Assembly (NCBI RefSeq): GCF_006345805.1
Contig: NC_042998.1
Location: forward strand, 78,430,001-78,494,000
Source of the DNA: Octopus sinensis
Lineage: Eukaryota
Reading direction: 5' to 3'
DNA: 64,000 bases
Of the stretch, positions 40,451-52,721 are shown in pieces. The notes beneath the pieces are model-generated. The model was not told where the DNA came from. It saw only the letters and a list, made by a program, of their open reading frames with translations, and searched no databases. Both the position numbers and the translations under genes were made by a program. Position 1 is the first letter of the stretch; each line of letters opens with the position of its first letter.

Positions 40451-40616
40451 TGGTAGCAGCGTAAATGAATGGAATGATGATGGTTGGATGATGAATGGAC
40501 AGTGTCCATAAGCTCTTGAACCACACACGCACCTCATACCTCTGACAGATGACATCGATACTGTTTATTTCCGAATTTAACACTTACTTGTTAGCATTCA
40601 ATAGATAAAGAAAAGA

Positions 40617-40946
40617 AAAACAATTGTAGCGTGGAAGGTGTTTGTAAGCCATTTAAGAAACACACTAAAGCCGTTCGATTCACTTCAACATTTAAGTTTA
40701 ATTTGTCAAAATATTTTCGGCGCTTTAAGACCGCGACCTGTTCACTGACAAAAATCCGTGCTGTCAGTGAACAGGTCGCGGTCTTAAAGCGACGAAAATA
40801 TTTTGACAAATTAAACTTAAATGTTGAAGTGAATCGAACGGCTTTTGTGTGTTTCTTAAATGACTTACAAACACCTTCCACGCTGCAATTGTTTTCATTC
40901 TAGCACACGATCTCAGATCAAATCACTTGCTATGCAAGTACATCTC
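40617..40946. mobile_element. Foldback/MITE-like palindromic element; arms 40617-40750 and 40762-40895
   Basis: 134-bp arms with 4 mismatches and an 11-nt loop; the right side extends into the terminus shared with 27410. Confidence 0.9.
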
Positions 40947-41949
40947 CAGAAAAAAAAAAGAAAAACCGTAATACTTGGACAAAGAGAGAGTTCACATGGA
41001 CTAAAATTCTACGGGGAAAAATTGTTGAACAAATTATTTACTTCGAAATCTGAGTCGTGTGAGATAGTATTAATGGTGAGACAAAGAAAAGTGATTAGAT
41101 TTATTGAGTTGTTTGTTTGTTTGTTGTTGTTTTCTTATCCCTAGTTCCTCATGGTGGAGCAAGTCTCTTTTGAAAGCTTTCCAGTTGTAACCATAGCGTA
41201 GAATGTCACTTGAAAAAGATTTAACTGTTATTTCTTGTAGATTGAGAAGTTGCAGAGAGATTTCTTCATTTGCTTGTCGTAATTCATGGTAGAAGAGGAA
41301 ACTGAATGATTTAAGGAAATACATCAAAAGTGAATAGATACCGATGTTCTGAGAATGTCATATGCGATAATCGTATCCAGAGAGAAGATATAATTCTTAT
41401 CATCCAAACAGTATTAAATCCGATGATAAACACCCTGATATATCAGCCTCTAATTCACAGATGTCTTAGTTGATAGGATACCAAGTAAAGCACCAAGAGG
41501 CTGGAGCTTCTGCCGCCGGTTGTACATGTTATCATTGACTAAGACACATAAACTCTCAACGGACAAAACCATCTAGCTATGACGAAATGGAATTATATCA
41601 TTTCTCGCTGTCTATTTGATTAAATGTGAGAATTTACGAGGAGGTGATATTTGCCCTCCTATATTGCATATGGAAGTATGCTAACTGTATAATCAACATC
41701 TATTACGTCAGTTATATTGGATGATATAATAACTATATTTATATGGATTTATGTTCAATACAGGGGCATGTCAGAACTACTGTCAGACTTTACTAAATAT
41801 ATGCGATGAGATACTAGATGTGTGTCTGTGCGTGTGCGTGCGTGCGTGCGTGTGTGTGTGTGTGTTTGTGAGTGAGTGTGTGTGTGTGTATGTTTGTGAG
41901 TGAGTGTGTGTGTGTGTGTGTGCGTGCTGCGTCTGTGAGATGACATACT

Positions 41950-41951
<2 letters not shown>

Positions 41952-41990
<39 letters not shown>

Positions 41991-42362
41991 CCGAAGTTGT
42001 CTGTGTATGGCAGGTTTGGTAGCCTTCAACTAACACTATCTCCTCCGAGACCCTGCGGCGCAAGTTGACCAAAATTGAGAGTATGATAGAAGGTTTGCCC
42101 TTCCTTCCGTAGAAGGAAAAATTCAAATCGGACCATGTTAACACCAAAAATTATTTACATCAAAAAGGTGCTTTTTTTCTATGAAAATCCCTATTTTTTA
42201 CGATTTTTGACTGCTGTGTCGCCATTTTTCGGTGTATTTCAACCCGAAAAAATGTTCACTTAAAGAGACTAACTAGCTACATAATGCAAAATTTTTACTT
42301 TTCAAAAATTCCAATTCTAAAGGGTCGAAACAAACCCGAGCAACGCCGGGCGATACTGCTAG
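41952..42362 (+). mobile_element. Non-autonomous Helitron-like element
   Basis: 3' hairpin CCCGAGCAACGCCGGG (42335-42350), 8-nt spacer, terminal CTAG (42359-42362) followed by T; the 5' end is lost in (TA)n. Confidence 0.8.
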
Positions 42363-42555
42363 TATATACATATCAAATTCGTTTCTGGTAACGTTAGGGG
42401 TATTAAACAAAGCTCCTATTTCATTATGCCGGTTACCGTCAAATGATACTGACTATTGAGTCAGTTTTTCGGGCTTGCTTCATGGTTTTACCGATATAAT
42501 GTAGGATAAATATAATAATGATAATAATTCTAGGAGGGACTATTTAAATATTTAA

Positions 42556-42863
42556 TATATCACTACGCGCATTACCACAAATCACGCGATTTCAGTATCA
42601 GAGTCCGTATCCTTATGATTAGTGCAGTATAGTCCGTATTATCCGTGGGCATCCGGTTGATCATCATCAGTGATTCATCAAGCGATACTGCATTATTGGA
42701 TGAATCACAGAGGGATGTTTATTCCTTCTTGCCAGTATGAAGGCCAATCCAACTATGTTCAACCGGATGCCCAAGGATAATACGGACTAAACCGTACTAA
42801 TCCCAAGGATACGGATTCTGATGTTGAAACATGTGATTTGGGGAAACGCGCGTAGCGATGTAT
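42556..42863. repeat. Diverged inverted repeat, arms 42556-42664 and 42755-42863
   Basis: CCGTATTATCC.TGGGCATCCGGTTGA is complementary to TCAACCGGATGCCCAAGGATAATACGG; spacer about 90 nt. Confidence 0.88.
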
Positions 42864-43067
42864 CAATTATTTATAAATTCCATCCGATAATTATTGTTAT
42901 ATATATACATATAATTACAGGGAAAAACTCAATTTAATACTAAATCAAATTTCACAATATAAATATATAATATATATAAATTAGAGAAAAAAAATCCACT
43001 ATTATGTAATTTAAACAATGATAGACATAAACCATATCATATAGAAAAAATAAAATATATTATAAAA

Positions 43068-43478
43068 CAGGAGTGGCTGTGTGGTAAGTAGCTTGCTAAC
43101 CAACCACATGGTTCCGGGTTCAGTCCCACTGCGTGGCATCTTGGGCAAGTGTCTTCTGCTATAGCCCCGGGCCGACCAATGCCTTGTGAGTGGATTTGGT
43201 AGACGGAAACTGAAAGAAGCCTGTCGTATATATGTATATATATATGTATGTGTGTGTTTGTGTGTCTGTGTTTGTCCCCCTAGCATTGCTTGACAACCGA
43301 TGCTGGTGTGTTTACGTCCCCGTCACTTAGCGGTTCGGCAAAAAGTGACCGATAGAATAAGTACTGGGCTTACAAAGAATAAGTCCCGGGGTCGATTTGC
43401 TCGACTAAAGGCGGTGCTCCAGCATGGCCGCAGTCAAATGACTGAAACAAGTAAAAGAGTAAAAGAGTAAAGAGTATA
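43068..43478 (+). mobile_element. SINE family B (best-preserved copy)
   Basis: A box TGGCTGTGTGG, B box GGTTCAGTCC, GGCATCTTGGGCAAGTGTCTTCT domain, internal microsatellite, AAAAGAGT-repeat tail. Confidence 0.95.
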
Positions 43479-43584
43479 TAACGAGATCACAAAAAGTACA
43501 TAATAATGAATAAGCATTATATAATAAGTTTACTTATTGTATAATGGTTTTTCTCTAATTTATGTATATTCATATATATATATA

Positions 43585-43790
43585 TATATTGTTTCAATCA
43601 CTGGACTGCAGACATGTGGGGCAATGTCTTGTAGGGTTTAGTCGAATAAATGGACCCGAGTACTTATTGTTTCAACCTGGTACTTACTGTGTTAGTCTCG
43701 ATCGCCGAACTGCTAAAATATGGAGACGTGAACAAACCATTACAGACTGTCAAGCGGTGGTGGAGGACAACCTCGTAAACAAAGAAACAC
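43585..43790 (-). mobile_element. SINE family B, 3' half, diverged
   Basis: Reverse-complement match; abuts (GATA)n. Confidence 0.75.
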
Positions 43791-43876
<86 letters not shown>

Positions 43877-43885
43877 GGATAGATG

Positions 43886-43965
<80 letters not shown>
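43790..43965. repeat. (GATA)n array
   Basis: Directly visible. Confidence 0.95.
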
Positions 43966-43966
<1 letters not shown>

Positions 43967-44634
43967 GCAATTTCAAAGGCATTTATATGTTTGGAACATG
44001 TAGAGTTTACATGTAGAATGGATACTCAAGGAACGTTACGTCACAAGCTCAGTAGCATGGCACAATTATCCACACATCTACAGAGTCTCGAACTTCCTAA
44101 GTTTTAGCCAGCTTTCTTTTCAGCGAAGTCTAGAAGTTTTCCTTTGGATTCGTTTACTTCCAGTCGCCGTATTATGGAAATCACATAAAGTGATCTAATT
44201 CGTATATTGCTATATTGGCATGTTATCAATTGAACCTTGACAAGAGCTATAGGAATGTGCAGTCAGCTTGACGGAGAAATAAATGGATAGAAGTCACCCT
44301 CAAGTACACATGCATTGATGTAAACAGATACATATAGTGTTTTTACTGTATTTCGCGAGTAGACGGTGAAATGAAAAGTTCTGATATTCGCAATTTTTCC
44401 CACGAGCATAAGCGACGTGAGTGAAGTATATTTGATTGAATTGCGATATGAAACCGGTTTGCAGTCTTCGGTTTGTTGGCAGTGCTAGTTATTCCACAAT
44501 GTTGGCGCTGTAACGATAAATATTACTTAGCACAATGGCTCATAGCCTCGCACTGAAAGCGAAAAACAAAGGCAGACAGACGAAGCGAGATAGATGCATA
44601 AGCATTCGCAAACGCTATACGAAAAATATTTAAA

Positions 44635-44792
44635 TGTACGCAGCTGTGTGATAAGAAGCTTGCTTCCCAAACAAATGGTTCCGACTTCAGTCGCATTGCG
44701 TGGCACCTTGGGCAAGTGTCGTCTACTATAGCCTCGGACCAACCAAAGCCTTGTGAGCGGAATAGGTTGACAGAAACTAAAAGAAGCCCGTC

Positions 44793-44835
<43 letters not shown>

Positions 44836-45065
44836 GTATACACACACATGTTTGTCTTTATGTCTGTGATTGTCCTCCATTACCGCTTGAAAAGTGGTGT
44901 TGTTGCATTTACATACTTGTAACTTAGCGGTGTGGCATAACCAATCGCTTGAATAAGTACCAGCCTTTAAAGAAATAAATACTAGGGTCGATTTATTCGA
45001 CTAAAAAATTCTTCAAGACGGTGTACCAGCATGGCCGCAGTCTATGACTGAAACAAGTAAAGGAT
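44635..45065 (+). mobile_element. SINE family B
   Basis: Both halves present. Confidence 0.88.
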
Positions 45066-45195
45066 TCGATTGTACTTTATTTTATTTTATTCCATTTCAT
45101 TTCCTTGGAAATTTTGATGACTTTTGGTATCTGTATATAAATAAGCGAGGGACAATTCTTTCATTTCTTCTGATCAACCTTTGATATTCTTGCTA

Positions 45196-45239
<44 letters not shown>

Positions 45240-45273
45240 GCACACACATACGCATATCGGCAACATTCGTCAG

Positions 45274-45311
45274 TTTCTTGAAAATGGGATCATAACCCCG
45301 AAATATTGAAT
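45274..45311 (+). ncRNA. Minimal type I hammerhead-like motif, U3-A8 variant
   Basis: TTC-TTGAAAA-T-GGG atcataac CCC-GAA-ATAT-T-GAA. Confidence 0.45.
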
Positions 45312-45412
45312 TCAAGGTAAGTCTACATTAATTCATATATTCGTTTTTTTGTGATCTACCTTAAATTTACTTCGCATTTTTTGGGCCTTACCCACGATCC
45401 TTTATACAATTA

Positions 45413-45591
45413 GGCATAGGAGTGGCTGTGTGGTAAGTAGTTTGCTTACCAACCACATGGTTCTGGGTTCAGTCCCACTGCGTGGCACCATGGGCAAGCG
45501 TCTTCTACTATAGCCTCGGGCCGACCAAAGCCTTGTGAGTGGATTTGGTAGACGGAAACTGAAAGAAGCCCGTCGTATATATGTATATATG

Positions 45592-45626
<35 letters not shown>

Positions 45627-45835
45627 TTGTGTCTGTGTTTTTCCCCCCAAGATCACTTGACAACCGATGTTGGTGTGTTTACGTCCCCGTAACTTAGCAG
45701 TTCGGCAAAAGAGACCAATAGAATAAGTACTAGGCTTACAAAGAATAAGTCCTGGAGTCGATTGATCGACTAAAGGCGGTGCTCCAGCATGGCCACAGTC
45801 AAATGACTGAAACAAGTAAAAGAGTAAAAGAGTAT
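45413..45835 (+). mobile_element. SINE family B
   Basis: Well-conserved full copy. Confidence 0.95.
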
Positions 45836-46373
45836 ATATGTAATGAGTGTATATGCGTGTTAAAATAAAAACAATCTTACGTTAGACTCACTACATTTTT
45901 GTTGAGTTCGAATTCGTGATTCTCTCAGTAGAAGTTAAGTCAATACTATTCTTACTAAAGAATGATAAATACATGTAAAATATGTATTGATATATGAGAG
46001 ACAAAACTATCGCATCAACTTATATAACATAATTATAAACAACATGTTTTCCAAAACTCTCAAGAAATTTTATGGATTTCTAAAGCCCTTAATTGTATAA
46101 CTATATGTTTGCCGACCATCGATGGAGGTCCGCTAATTTATCATAATATGGTTCAAATACCATAACAGAGTTACATTTTTACATTTCATTCTGTTTCAGT
46201 AAAAGAAAAAGTAAAAATAGCAGTAGTGAATTTGGGACAGTTCAATAGATTTATATTTCTGGAACTTCCATGCTTCTACCAAAGATAGACATACTGATTT
46301 AGCGCGCGCGCGCGTGTTTCAAGAAACAGATTGAAATCTTGATAACAACAAATTGAATTCGTACAATGCACGT

Positions 46374-46374
<1 letters not shown>

Positions 46375-46426
<52 letters not shown>

Positions 46427-46443
46427 GGACGGACGGACGGACG

Positions 46444-46479
<36 letters not shown>

Positions 46480-46503
46480 CAGACAGATAGATAGATAGAT
46501 AGC

Positions 46504-46565
<62 letters not shown>

Positions 46566-46585
46566 TAGATAGATAGATAGATAGA
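46375..46585. repeat. Compound (GACA)n(GACG)n(GATA)n array
   Basis: Directly visible. Confidence 0.95.
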
Positions 46586-46631
46586 GATAAGGAGGTTAAA
46601 AGTTATGGTTGGTGACCTTTGGTTTCTCACC

Positions 46632-46715
46632 TATAAAGCGCTTTGCAGGATAGGTGACTCGTTAGACTCAAATAGCTGAGTCTGACGAGTCACCTATACT
46701 GCTAAGTGCTTCATA
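46632..46715. other. Long hairpin (stem about 39 bp, 6-nt loop)
   Basis: ATAGGTGACTCGTTAGACTCA aatagc TGAGTCTGACGAGTCACCTAT, with further pairing in the flanks. Confidence 0.85.
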
Positions 46716-46834
46716 AGTGCAAAACTAATAGCCACTCCATGATTGGCCATCACTTTTAACTTCCTAAAAAATACATTACTGCTCTAATGCTTTCGACTGT
46801 ATTTCCTTTTCGGATATATGAACTACCGACAGGC

Positions 46835-47238
46835 ACAGGCGTGGCTGTGTGGTAAGAAGCTTGCTTCCCAACCACAAGGTTCCGGGTTCTCTCCCACTGC
46901 GTGGCACCTTGCGCATGTGTCTTCTGCTATAGCGTCGAGTCGACCAGACCGTTGTGAGTGAATTTGGTAGACGGAAACTGAAAAAACCGCGTCGTATATA
47001 TGTATATATGTGTATATAAATGAATTATGTTTGTGCCTCTATATTTCTCCCACAACCACCACCACCACCACCATCGCTTGACGACCGATGTTGGAGTGTT
47101 TACGTCCCTGTAGCCTAGCGGTTCGGCAAAAAGAGAACGATAGAATAGGTAGTAGGCTTGCGATTCCTGGGGTCGATTTCTTCGACTAAAGGCGGTGCTC
47201 AAGCATGGCTGGAGTCAAATGACTGAAACAAGTAAAAG

Positions 47239-47240
<2 letters not shown>
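46835..47240 (+). mobile_element. SINE family B
   Basis: Both halves present. Confidence 0.9.
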
Positions 47241-47300
<60 letters not shown>

Positions 47301-48179
47301 GTGTGTGTGTGTGTGTGTGGTGTGTGTGTGTGGTGTGTGTGTGTGTGTGTGTGTGCGTGTGTTATATATTATATACTCTTACCCAATAATGCTGTTGACA
47401 GTGACTTCAAAGTTTCGGCCAGCTAAATCATCACTGAAGTCACTGTTAACAACGTTCTTGTCGTTTAAGAATAAATTTTTACTCTACAAAAGTATTGAGT
47501 AACCCTCCCGATTGAGCAATGGGATTGATGTACGAGATACACACTGTGTTAAAATGGTATTTCACAACATTTCATCTGAGCGAAAGTGAAAGAAAAGGAG
47601 TGTGACGATGGAGCAAAAGCACTAAGTGTGTATGTGTGTACACGCGCGGGCACCTATACAAGCAATGCACATATACATACATATTTGCGGCACAAAGAGG
47701 GTAACTAAACCCGAATTCATGTCGTTTCGAAGCAGTACTTAACCAAGCAGCTATATAATTCTGTAAACTGTGATTCTATTTCTTGCGATGACTGGCGAAG
47801 AGAATGTATTCATGCGGATCGCTTCGGATGTTATTTTTCCTGTTGTTTGGTAATACTGTAATTTTACCTCTTTTATGACGTGAACATTTTGTTAAGGTCA
47901 GTGGTAGTATATATTTGTTTATTATATTCATGTCTGTACGTCATGACTATATCTTTTTAAAGCCAGCATTTTCTACTGTAGTTTTGTTACGAAAGTATCA
48001 TATATTTAATGCTCTTTTCTTATTCATGTTGTTAGACCACCTCCATTGTGTAAAGGTCTGTCTAGTTTGATTTTAGTATAATTTTGAATATTGAGAGTTC
48101 TCTTATTACGTAGTAATAACGTTTTCAGAACTATTGCAATGGGAATGTTGGGTGTTATTACATCGTTTTAGTTCCAAAA

Positions 48180-48955
48180 TGGTGTTTTTAATGACATTGG
48201 TTTAAGATAAACTTGTTATTTTTCCTCTTGTTCGGTGATGATTGTGTGAGCATTCGGCAGACATTTTATAACACATATGTGCAAAATTTTAGCCACTATC
48301 ATTTTCTGATAGTGTTCGCGTGTTTTGAAAGAAATATGTCTTCATGTCGAGAATTTATCCTTCGAGTGGCATTCTAGCACTTATTTTGCCTTATTCTCTG
48401 GTGTATTATATATTAGACGCTTTTAAAGTTAGCCAATAGACTATAAGTTGTGATTGCAGTTTCTTGAAGACGAATCAACTTCTTCGTTAGCTCATGGTTG
48501 TTGTTGAAAATGATCGTGATTATTGTTGTCACAAGTTAGTGCTGCTCGAATAATCTAAGTGATGCGATTCAACCATGCTGTTTCTTAGGTCAATGTTTAA
48601 AATGACAAAATATGGTTTGAGGGTAATTTAGCTGCCATTTCAAGCAAGTTGTACCTTCGAATATGTAATAGCCCTTTTTGGCTCTTGATAATGTTGCTGA
48701 TGTTGTTATTACTGTTATTGTTGCAGTGCTGTTGTTGATGTTGATGCTGTTGCTGTGCTGCTGTTGCGCTGCTATCGTTATTGCTTATTCTCAGGTGAAC
48801 TGTGATCAACCAAACTTATCATCATCACATCGTAACTTTCTTTCGGTTTCACTAAATACATTTTCCGATGTACCCTTATATATTTTAGACAATAGCGTGC
48901 GATTTGAGGAAGATTTAACTGTACTTTCTTCCATGTCGAACTCTTTAACTTGGTA
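48180..48955 (-). pseudogene. Possible pogo/Tigger-like transposase remnant
   Basis: Collinear fragments VKEFDMEESTV (HTH), LLEMAAKL, AWLNRI (compare GWL.RF) and KCLP..HTII; heavily decayed. Confidence 0.4.
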
Positions 48956-49544
48956 ATTATTGCAGTTTGTAGCTATGGTAGTGGTTACACAAGCTGGTGA
49001 TGGTAGAGCGATGCTAGTAATGATACTAGTAATGAGGAAACGAATTAGCGAAGTCGTTAGAGCATCAGATTGAATTCTTTGCAGAATTTGTTCCAGTTCT
49101 CGGCGTTTTGAGTTCAAATCCTGCTGAGGTTAACTTTGTCTTTCATCCTTTCGGAGTCAATAAAAATAAGTATCAATCCAGGCCGGCGAACTAATGGAAC
49201 TTGAAAAACTCGGACTAAATTCCTTGCAGTATTTTTCTCTACTTCTTTGCGTTCTCAGTTCAAATCCCGCTATATCTTATTTGATGTGGTTTAACACCAC
49301 CGCCCCTAGGTATTTTGGCTACCTTTTATGGAGTCTAAACACATACTAACACCCAGAACAGGTTTCTGGTTTGGGGATATCATCCACCCCCCTGTCTCGG
49401 AGAGTCTTCCCTCTTGACGGAAAGATGAAAAGAAAGTTGTGGCTATCGCAGGCAGTCGTGGCTACAGTAATCATAGTGGTGAATCAAGTAGCGTTGAGAA
49501 TATTGAAGTTGGCGGCAGAGGTGTTGAATTTGGGTGTGTTAATA

Positions 49545-49742
<198 letters not shown>

Positions 49743-49744
49743 AA

Positions 49745-50010
49745 GCGTAGGCTTGCTTTCCAACTAAATAGTTTCGTGTTCATTCCTATAGCGTGGTACC
49801 TTGAGCTAGTGTCTTCTGTTATTGCCTCGGGCCTGCTAAAGCCTTGTGAGTGGGAAACTGAAAGAATCCCGTTGTATGCATGTGTGTGCATGTGTGTTTG
49901 TGTGTGTGTTTGTGTCTGTGCTTGTCCCCCCATCATCATTTGACAATCGGTAGTGGTGTGTTTATGTCTGTAACTTAGCGGTTCGGTAAGAGAAAGCGAT
50001 AGAGTAAGTA
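49745..50010 (+). mobile_element. SINE family B, diverged and truncated
   Basis: Both halves partly present. Confidence 0.8.
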
Positions 50011-50118
50011 TATACAGTCTGTGCTTGTGCGTGTATATATATGTGTGTGTGGTGTGTGTGTGTATGTATATATGTATGTATATATGTATGCATGCATATA
50101 GCGTGTGTGTGTGCGCGC

Positions 50119-50160
<42 letters not shown>

Positions 50161-50256
50161 AATAATGAAGGGTGAAATTAATTAATTTGGAATAATTATC
50201 AATTACACCAAGTAGTCTTCGGCATGTAAAAGCCTCATTCGAGGAAAATTTAAGTA

Positions 50257-50489
50257 ATACTAAGCAATAAAGGGTTTAGCAACGAATTGCCTTACCACAT
50301 ACCGAATTTAGAAATAGCAGTCAAAGAGTTATAGCTATTTCTTCTACTAAAAAGGGAGATCTCAGTAAAAACTGTTTTTACTGAGATCTCCCTTTTTAGT
50401 AGAAGAAATAGCTATAACTCTTTGACTGCTATTTCTAAATTCGGTATGTGGTAAGGCAATTCGTTGCTAAACCCTTTATTGCTTAGTAT
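50257..50489. repeat. Perfect palindrome, 116-bp arms with a 1-nt centre at 50373
   Basis: Arms 50257-50372 and 50374-50489 compared base by base; no mismatch seen. Confidence 0.97.
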
Positions 50490-50544
50490 ATATATATATA
50501 TATATATATATAAACATATAAACAGTGTATATATATATATATAT

Positions 50545-50810
50545 GTATATAATAAAGATAAATGCGCCCTTTTAAAGCCTAGCCAGTCTCATGGGCCCGG
50601 TTTCCCGGTTTCTATGGCGTATGTGTTCCCCGTCTGGACGGGACGCCAGTCCATCGCAGCGTTACTCATTTTTGCCAGCTGAGTGGACTGGAGCAACGTG
50701 AAATGAACTGTTTTGCTCAAGAACACAACGCGTCGCCCGGTCCGGGAATCGAAACCACAATCTTACGATCATGGTGCTTGACACCCTAACCACTAAGCCA
50801 CGCGCCTCCA
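50545..50810 (-). mobile_element. SINE family C with a different, Meta/V-like tail (Y)
   Basis: Head and CORE-like part match 14547; followed by GCGATGGACTGGCGTCCCGTCCAG...AGAAACCGGG. Confidence 0.85.
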
Positions 50811-51986
50811 CATATATGTATATAAACACTATATATATGGAATATATATATAGTGTATATATGTATATATATATGCTGTGTGTGGGAGTAGATGCGTGTG
50901 TGTGAGCATGTGTGCACCAGCGCATTCACATATGCACACACACTCGCGCACACATCTACAGTACCATAATAAAAATAGGGACAGTGTAATGTCGGTCGCG
51001 TTGAACGTTACAAGGTCAAGGTGAGATACCTCTCAACACTGATGCTTGTTTGTGTGTTCGCTGTATGCTACACGCGTGCACTGAATCTGCGTGTGTGACG
51101 TAGTTGTGTATGTGTGTTCGCCTCGGGCGTATTGCTGACAGCGAAAGGAAGACCGCGTAACCGTGTGTGCGTGTGTGTGAATTATTTAGTCTATGCTCTG
51201 TATATGTGATTCCGTATGTGTTCAATATGTGTTTGGTTGTCTGTATTTATGTATATGTATATTTACGTATATTCGCCATGTATCCCATGAATGTTTTAGT
51301 CTCACTGTGTATTTAAGTCGTTTTTGAGTTAGAGGGTGTTTGTTCTATCCGGTGTATGTATAAGTGTGTTTAGTCGATATTTGGTGTCTGTATGGATGCA
51401 TTTAAAGAGTGTATGTATGTGTCTGCGTGCAAACATGTCTAGTACGAGTTCGGTGCATATACGTATATGATTAAATCAATGTGTAGTGTATTTGTATGCG
51501 TTTGTGTCTGTGTGTTCTAGGTTTGGTGAATGTTTTGTCTCTACTCGGTATGCGCGTGAGTTTAATCTATATGGTTTGTATTTCTGTGTGTGTGTGTGTG
51601 TGTTTAATCCACGTGTTATATATATATTTAGTCTACACACGGTGTGTATGAGAGAGTTTAGTCTAAGTGTGTGTGTGTGTGTTTGTGTGTTAAGTTTCTA
51701 TTTGGTGTATATGTATATGTGTGTGCGTTTAGTCTGTATATTGTGTTTGTGTTTGTTTTAGACGGTGTTTTTCACTGTGAACATACATACATAATTGATT
51801 TACGGATCTCTGTGCGTGAAACGTCTGTTTGTTCGGTGTGTGTAAGCGTAGACGTCCGACTGACTTTATATGTATGTGTAAGGTAGACACTAAATCTATG
51901 GCTATGTATTTGTAAGGTGTGTGTATCTGTCTGTCCGATTTAAATGTGTACGTTCAGTTCATGTTACACACGCATGCGCGCGAACG

Positions 51987-52030
<44 letters not shown>

Positions 52031-52138
52031 GAATTCGAGTAATATAATGTCAAATAAAAAAAAAAGTAATATGTACCTAGAATTAGGGCTCAAGGTTGAC
52101 TAGAAGCCTAAAAGCCCAACTTCAACTGCATCTAAAAG

Positions 52139-52186
<48 letters not shown>

Positions 52187-52676
52187 TTATATATATTATA
52201 TATAAAGGGAATAATATAATACAATATTATTGACAATATATATATATATGTGTATATATACACACATGTGATATTTGTTCACACACACACACGTGATCCA
52301 TCGTTTCTTCCATGATGCGTGATGACTTCAATTTTTCATCACAGATGATTAACCATGCCCGATTTTTCTGTCTCCCCATGGATTATCGACTTTTCTATGT
52401 TTCTTCATCGATACTTTTAGGGGGTTGGGTTGTTCCCACCTTTGTATAAATTAGATTATCTCAATTTCCCTGTCTCAGTGATCGAAACGCTTATGCAATT
52501 AGCCAGACTAATTCATTAACACAATTTGCAATATATTACGAGATTTCTATAAATTACCAGTGGCAAGGTTTTGGGGCTATGTTACACATATTTAGATTAT
52601 ATAACAGAACAAAAATAAATTTGTTTATTTATGATTTACTTATGCGCCACCCAACAAGTTTTTTTATTCATGTGTA

Positions 52677-52721
<45 letters not shown>

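Noticed and set aside
39731-40555. 274-aa Pro/Ala-rich ORF and overlapping Arg-rich ORFs
   Set aside because: Products of a GC-rich 9-bp repeat that is open in several frames on both strands; no domain recognised.
40591-40903. Near-identical ORFs on both strands
   Set aside because: A consequence of the palindromic element, not coding evidence.
41070-41327. Protein-like 85-aa minus-strand ORF
   Set aside because: No motif I can name with confidence; possibly a hAT remnant, but unsupported.
48796-48952. Plus-strand exon candidate (CTCAG|GTGAAC...TTG|GTAATT)
   Set aside because: The opposite strand is better explained as a pogo/Tigger-like remnant; no partner exons.
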